Origin: Acanthaster planci
Taxonomy: Eukaryota
Reading direction: 5' to 3'
Assembly (NCBI RefSeq): GCF_001949145.1
Contig: NW_019091358.1
Span: 1,426,961-1,490,960, forward strand
Length of the DNA: 64,000 nucleotides
Shown here: positions 58,401 to 64,000 of the stretch, piece by piece
Position numbering within the stretch: the first letter of the stretch is position 1
Layout of the letters: each line of letters starts with the position of its first letter
Notes under the pieces: model-generated
Database searches by the model: none
Seen by the model: only the letters and a program-made list of their open reading frames with translations
What the model was told of the DNA's origin: nothing
Program-made: the position numbers and the translations under genes

Positions 58401-60445
58401 TAGTTTCCATTTAAGGTATACACTGACCTTTGGATAGGATATGACTGGTGTGCGCTTCATGTACAGTACAAACTCCTCCAGGGACGGTCTGCGGATCAAG
58501 ACGTCTATGCCCAAGTCTGTTGTGAAGGTCTTCCCTGCTGGATGGCCCACTACATCAGCATGCGAGATGGTGCCAAATTTGGAGCAGAAGTCCGTACCAG
58601 CACTCAGTTTGAACATTCTGGTCATGATTTGGGAAAGCATAGGGCACATTTGAGCGATGGCAGGTTGTTCACCACCGGTAGATTTTGCCTGGTATCCAGG
58701 ATGTATTCTGTGCACAGGTTACCAGGGAGAATCCACCGCTGGAGGATAGAAAGTCAACAGATGGTCGTCGCTCAAACATGCCCATAAGTGTCAGCATAGT
58801 CAAGATTGACCTTTTTCAGGGAGACTGGGAACACGACTAAGGCTTAGAGAACCAAGACCAAAATTCTGAGCTTAAAGTCTCTTGACCGAGCCTAAAACGT
58901 TTTTGCAAGGCTGAGATCTTCAAAATCTATCATTAAAACTGAAGGGACCATGCAATACACTTATTTTACTACAATCCATAAAACTGCACCTTTGCAGTTC
59001 CATTTTCAAGTTTTGTAATGCTATTTAAATCTACAGTTTTGAGTTTTTAGGTTTTAATGCCAATGAAAATTATCTGACTATTCAAGAGCAAAGCTGTGAC
59101 AACTCAATCTCAATGTTGCACTGTTTGTGCAAAAAAACCTGCTAGAATTTTTTCTGTTACGCTGTTTTGAAGTTCCATTTTCTCTGGCAATTTTTTGTTG
59201 CGTAAATTAAGTACATGGTAATATGACAGCCAGAAACCTTTATCAGAGATGTTTTCAAACAGCAAGTTTAAGATTAACAGAAACTCAATAGCATTGTCCA
59301 TTATTTACATCAAGTGCCCTCACTTGTCTGGAGTGCTTGAACAATTTTTAGTGTATTCTTTGAAACATTCCAAAAAGGTTTTCAAACAGTTTTCTACACT
59401 GAAGAAAAGTATAAATACCGAGAGGTCATCTGTCTGTTTGCCAACAGAACAGAGGGCATTTTTCGCATTCTTTTGTACATTCTTTTTTGCAAAATTGCGA
59501 AAAGCCAATAAATATTCACAAGAAGTGAATTTCTGAAACATTCACTATGTATCCTTTGAATATTTGTAAAACAATAGGGCTTGTATTTTTACATGTACAT
59601 GTACATGTACCAATCCAACTGGCATTCCAGCAAACTTCCTGCAACTTGTCATCTGAAAATGCAAACCTGTAGAGATACTCATGCCGCTTGAAGTTCTCCT
59701 TGACAGCAAGCACCATCTCCCCGTCTACCATTGGAGGATCACTTCCTAATTTGAAAGGCTTGCTCAGATCCACTCTGCCTTCGTCCAGGCCTCTCAAGTG
59801 GTCATCCGATGCAGCCCTGTTTAATTCAAGTCTGGTAACTCCATCTTCGTCCTTGGGAGCGCTAGACTCCGATTCAGATTCAACAGTGTCTTCATTCCGA
59901 TCCTGGCCACTACTTGATCCTTCGTGGCCAGGGCTGGAACCCAGCATTTGGTCCAGCCTCTCAGTGGGTGAAAGGCTCCGCCTCCTTGGAAGAAGCCCCT
60001 GCCTCCTCGCTTCTAAGTAACTTAGCCCTTCCACTGTCCTTGTTTTCTCATCAGCACTCTCATGTCCATTATTGCAGGTCTCCATGAAGTTTCTACTTTG
60101 AAAATACCAAGGCCACCTACCTGTAGATAGAATTCTCCTCAAAGAATATTGCTGATAGGAGTTGCTGACAAAACACCGATAATTAAGAATAGCCCGCAAA
60201 TCTACTCTCTTGAAGTCCTGTCTTATTTGAGGTAGCATTGAAATATCCCCTCTTAAAAGCCGGGTTCTCGAAGGCATCTTGACTTTGCGTGGCTCCAGTC
60301 TTGTCACAGGCCTGGAGAGGAAAAGACATTGTCGGTATAACCTCTGGCTGACCTTCTGACAGTTTCTGTGAGGGCTGGCACCTGCGACTGCTTGCATGAT
60401 TCCAACGAGGAGTGAAGGTTGCAGCAGAAAAGGTCGGTCCATCAT
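55425..60445 (-). CDS. TRMT61B: tRNA (adenine(58)-N1)-methyltransferase, mitochondrial type
   Basis: Exons 60445-59667, 58617-58428, 58028-57926, 57155-57012, 56843-56689, 56272-56101, 55576-55425 (TGA). Motifs: GEMVLA, RRPSLEEFVLYMKRTPVISYPK, SAM motif LEAGTGSG, WPENV, NITQ, YLARPHNVQAAHSAFLVKIRK. Acceptor at 60455 implies an upstream non-coding exon (candidate donor at 63165). Confidence 0.92.
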
Positions 60446-63400
60446 GAAAACGATCTGTGAAGAAAAAAATGGGAATAAGTTCTTCTTCGACTTCCATGGA
60501 CGACTGCCAGAACCAAATCTCAAGGCGGTCCTTGTGCTTAAGCCAATCTGAGCACAGTCCAAGCGGTTTGCAAACTGCTTGAAAACACAGTTCATCGTTA
60601 ATGGTCCTTATTCATAAGTTGGCTACATCGAAAAAGTGAGGTTTTGAGCTTGAAAGCATCAATGAAAGAATAAATGAAATTCCTGTAAAATTATTACCTG
60701 TCTACTCTGAGGAATAGTTTCATGGTGCTTTGCAACAGATTTGGAAAACATTTGAAACGGAGGTTTTGAACTCACACACATTCTTCATAGTCTGATACCA
60801 TCCCATTCAACCCTTTAATAATTCATAAAACAGATTCAATTAATGAGATCAAAAATGGCCTCCTTGAGAAGAAAGTCCACTTCATATACCAAGTGTTTAG
60901 GAAAGCAACATTGTATGATTTGCTAAAATCTGAAGCAAAGATTGAGGCAGAGGAAATTTGACCATGAACTAGTCCACATATACTTTAAGCTGTTGGAACC
61001 CTCACAGCGAGTGAACATGCAAAGGGAGTATTTCGACTTTAAGGTCCCTTTTTAATACCATCTTCATCTGGTTGCAAGCTTACATGTCTCTGTGAATGGA
61101 ATGCAGATCTAGTGCAAATTGAAATCTTTGACTTAAAAAATTCTCCAGAGCCAAAGATTACATCACAATTATGCAGGTTTTTGTGTCAGTGACCCAACAA
61201 CGGATCTAGTGGCCTAGCTAAGATTTTACTGGGGGGGCAGATAAGCGGCACCAGCATGTTATGGGGTGCACAGCTTTCAAAGGTGTGGTTTTTTGGGGCA
61301 AGTTCTTGTTAGCCTTGTTCAATATCCATCTGTTATTTTTGGGAAGGAGGGGGGGGGCACCTGGGGAGGCACAGGGAAATTGTGGAGGCACGTGCCCCCT
61401 AGCCCCTCGTGGCTACACCACTTGACAGACCACTGATTGCAGTCTGGATCTGCACGGATCAAACTGGCCCTCACACAATGATGCAAGCAGCCAAGAAAAT
61501 GGCCAAAATGTTGACATTTAAGGTACAGACTACAGTAGTAGTAGTAGGTATATTCTGTGATCTCTCCACTTGTGCCGACTAGGCCGGTTAGGTATAGTAG
61601 GTCTAATTTAACATGTTTAACTTCCAAACTACGGAGTAATTTAGGCCTTTTTCTGGACTTCCCCATATGTACAATGTTGGCTGATGGCTGCCATGTTCAA
61701 TGTCAAAGCTTGATGGCCCGAATGGCTGCGACATCGTGTTATGCAAACCTGTTGCTCATGAGCAGCCTAAACGGGCACGACAGCTCACAATAAAAGTTCT
61801 TTATTTTAAGGGTACCGATACTGACATTAAACGGGTACCGTACAGGTACCTGGTTTCATAAATACCTGTAAATGCACACCCCTACACGGCCGTTTTTGTC
61901 AGTGAAATGGACTCATCGGCATGTCCTGCTCACGGGAGCAGATTCTGTTGGCTGAGTCCATGGGATGCATGCAATCAATTTGAGATATACGAGAAACAGC
62001 CAAGAACAGCACAAAACAGCCAAACAACACGGTTAACAATGCACAGTTCATCTTGTGCTCAGTGGGGCCAGAGAAAGACCTAAATTTCTCAAAAAGTTGG
62101 AAGTGATAGTAGGCCTTGGCCTACTCAAACATTTAATCCGTTTGGCACAAGCAGAAAGATCCTAAAAATACATGATAGTATTTTGGCCATTTTCTAGGCT
62201 ACTTGCATCGTTGTAATTGTATGACTCTGCCAAAATTTTGGCACATGGATGTGTGGCCAATGACAACATAACAGAATGGGCCATGGTTGACAGCCCAGCA
62301 GGCAATACAATAACCTTGGGCCAACTTCATAGGAAGTTCATAAATTTTTCAACTACTTTTTTTCTGTTGTCTTTTTGAAGTGATCTTGGAGAGGATGTCA
62401 TAAGAAACATTTTGATATAAGTTTGGATTTCATCGAACTCTGTAAAGCAAAGAAATACTTATTTAAAACAGGAATATTTTGAGATAATGGAGTGCAAACT
62501 GTGATTTTTGTACACAAAAATAAGAGTGGATTTTGACTGAAAAGCTGAAAATTCACATTTCCATAAAATGTTTGTTCTCATACATGCCTTATTTCAATGA
62601 ATTAAATGCTGGCTTCGCTTCAAATCTCACAAATTTTGAAATTGGAAATTAAATAGAGGGGCTAAAGTGAGTGGAAAAAGACACATATTAATCACAATTT
62701 TCTATTTAAGAAAATGAGTTTCCAAATAAACAGCACCTTTGCTCATTTATGCATGTCCCTACATAGAGCTACCTCAGCGCTTAAGGCATGCGATAGTGCA
62801 TAAAGCAAGATTAGGCCTACCGGCCCAAACTCCATGCGATTGCCATGCTAACAACACAACTGCTAAACATCGGTCAAAATCAACATATATCACACACAGT
62901 ATAGAGTACCAAAGTGAATACATCACGCGCACAATTGGTAAGGCATGAGCGTGTGAACCAGCGTGTGAACCAACAGGCGAACATACTCCATTCGTTTGCA
63001 CTGCACTTTCTGGTTCACAGTGACGTCACACTTCGGTAGCCCTAACCTTATTTTATTAAGCTCAAGCAAGGTTTCTTACACTTAACACTATTAAACACTT
63101 AAGTTAACAGCAAATTTTCTGCTAAGCAGCTCTCTATGAAATTGGCCCCGGCTGACCATACTCACAATGCTAAGCTGGAGTAACTCCTGTACTTATGACA
63201 CCTCAGAATGGTGATGGTACGATGCAAATGCTTGCCTAAACCCAAGCTTTCAAACATCTCCAATGAGTAAAACCTTGCTCCCTCGAGTAGTGCGTTCCTA
63301 CTTCGTTTTTCCTCAGTCCTCCAGTCATGCCAGTTCATTATTTTGTACATGTACCCTCCGCACTCGCGCTCCCATGTGCTGCTGCAACCTTTTACAGCGC

Positions 63401-63726
63401 CCTCACGAGATGATTTTGAAACAAGTCGTCTTTTTCGGATGTTAAGAGTTTTATATAACGTTGGCGGTTTTCTAAGAAAGGCGGCTTCATGTCCGTCTTA
63501 AGCTTCGTGTCTAAAATCGATCCCCGAATGTATTTCCATATTGTTCATATTAAATAGAAGCACTTCATTATTTTACTCTTTCGGGCACACAGTTGCATGT
63601 TACGATTGCACAGTCTAACGTTTCGAGCTGACAACGTCAAAGTTAGAGGTTGAAAAGCAGGCGAAACCTGTGACGGTGGTAAAGCCTTGGATCGGAAAAC
63701 TCTCCGTGCATTATAACTGACTTCGT

Positions 63727-63960
63727 GAGGGCCGGATCCAGGGACAATTTTTCGTGGGGGGATAAATTGTCCGGATCCAAAAGTTTGGAAAGTGTTCCAA
63801 GTAACCTTTAATGGCTTTTCTGGGAGAATGTATGATGGATTTTGTACATGCTTTGAAGAGAAATGAAATGAAATTGGCCCCCTTTTGGTGGTGGTGGGGA
63901 GTGGGGCTGGAGGTGGTGGTGGGGATATCGCTCGTTAATTGAGGCCCTGGATCCGCCCTC
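63727..63960. mobile_element. Short MITE-like element
   Basis: GAGGGGCCGGATCCAGGG ... CCCTGGATCCGCCCTC inverted ends. Confidence 0.55.
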
Positions 63961-64000
63961 ACCCCATGAACAAGCGAAGCAGGTGGCGTCTCCGTGAGCA

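Noticed and set aside
59516..59666. ORF-track continuation of the large TRMT61B exon (and its extension up to 60595)
   Set aside because: Read-through into introns. The donor at 59666 joins in phase to 58617, and an acceptor lies at 60455.
529..60445. The five genes as one functional cluster or novel system
   Set aside because: Unrelated housekeeping functions with ordinary eukaryotic spacing. Nothing in the sequence supports a shared pathway.

Overview
This is intron-rich animal genomic DNA with five N-gaps. The gene and repeat style suggests a marine invertebrate deuterostome such as an echinoderm, but that is inference only. Splicing by hand (GT-AG sites, phase-checked) gives five protein-coding genes. 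(1) The 3' part of a WGR + regulatory + catalytic PARP (pme-5/invertebrate 'tankyrase-like' type), + strand, <529-11284. (2) SYVN1/HRD1 ERAD E3 ligase, - strand, 17477-30109. (3) A Speedy/RINGO CDK activator, + strand, 33480-37232, divergent from SYVN1. (4) ABAT (GABA transaminase), + strand, 42608-53444. (5) TRMT61B-like mitochondrial m1A58 tRNA methyltransferase, - strand, 55425-60445. A decayed DIRS1-type tyrosine-recombinase retrotransposon with readable ITR/ICR termini (2727-6322) sits in a PARP intron. There are also many MITE/foldback elements, SINE remnants and two minisatellites. I found no CRISPR array, rRNA or intact tRNA, and no clearly new multi-gene system. The best leads are the DIRS terminal architecture inside PARP, the altered PARP acceptor site and acidic tail, the SYVN1-Speedy divergent promoter (ERSE-like, E2F/CHR/CCAAT, MITE-borne CRE pair), Speedy control signals, and TAGGCCTA clustering at gene 5' ends.
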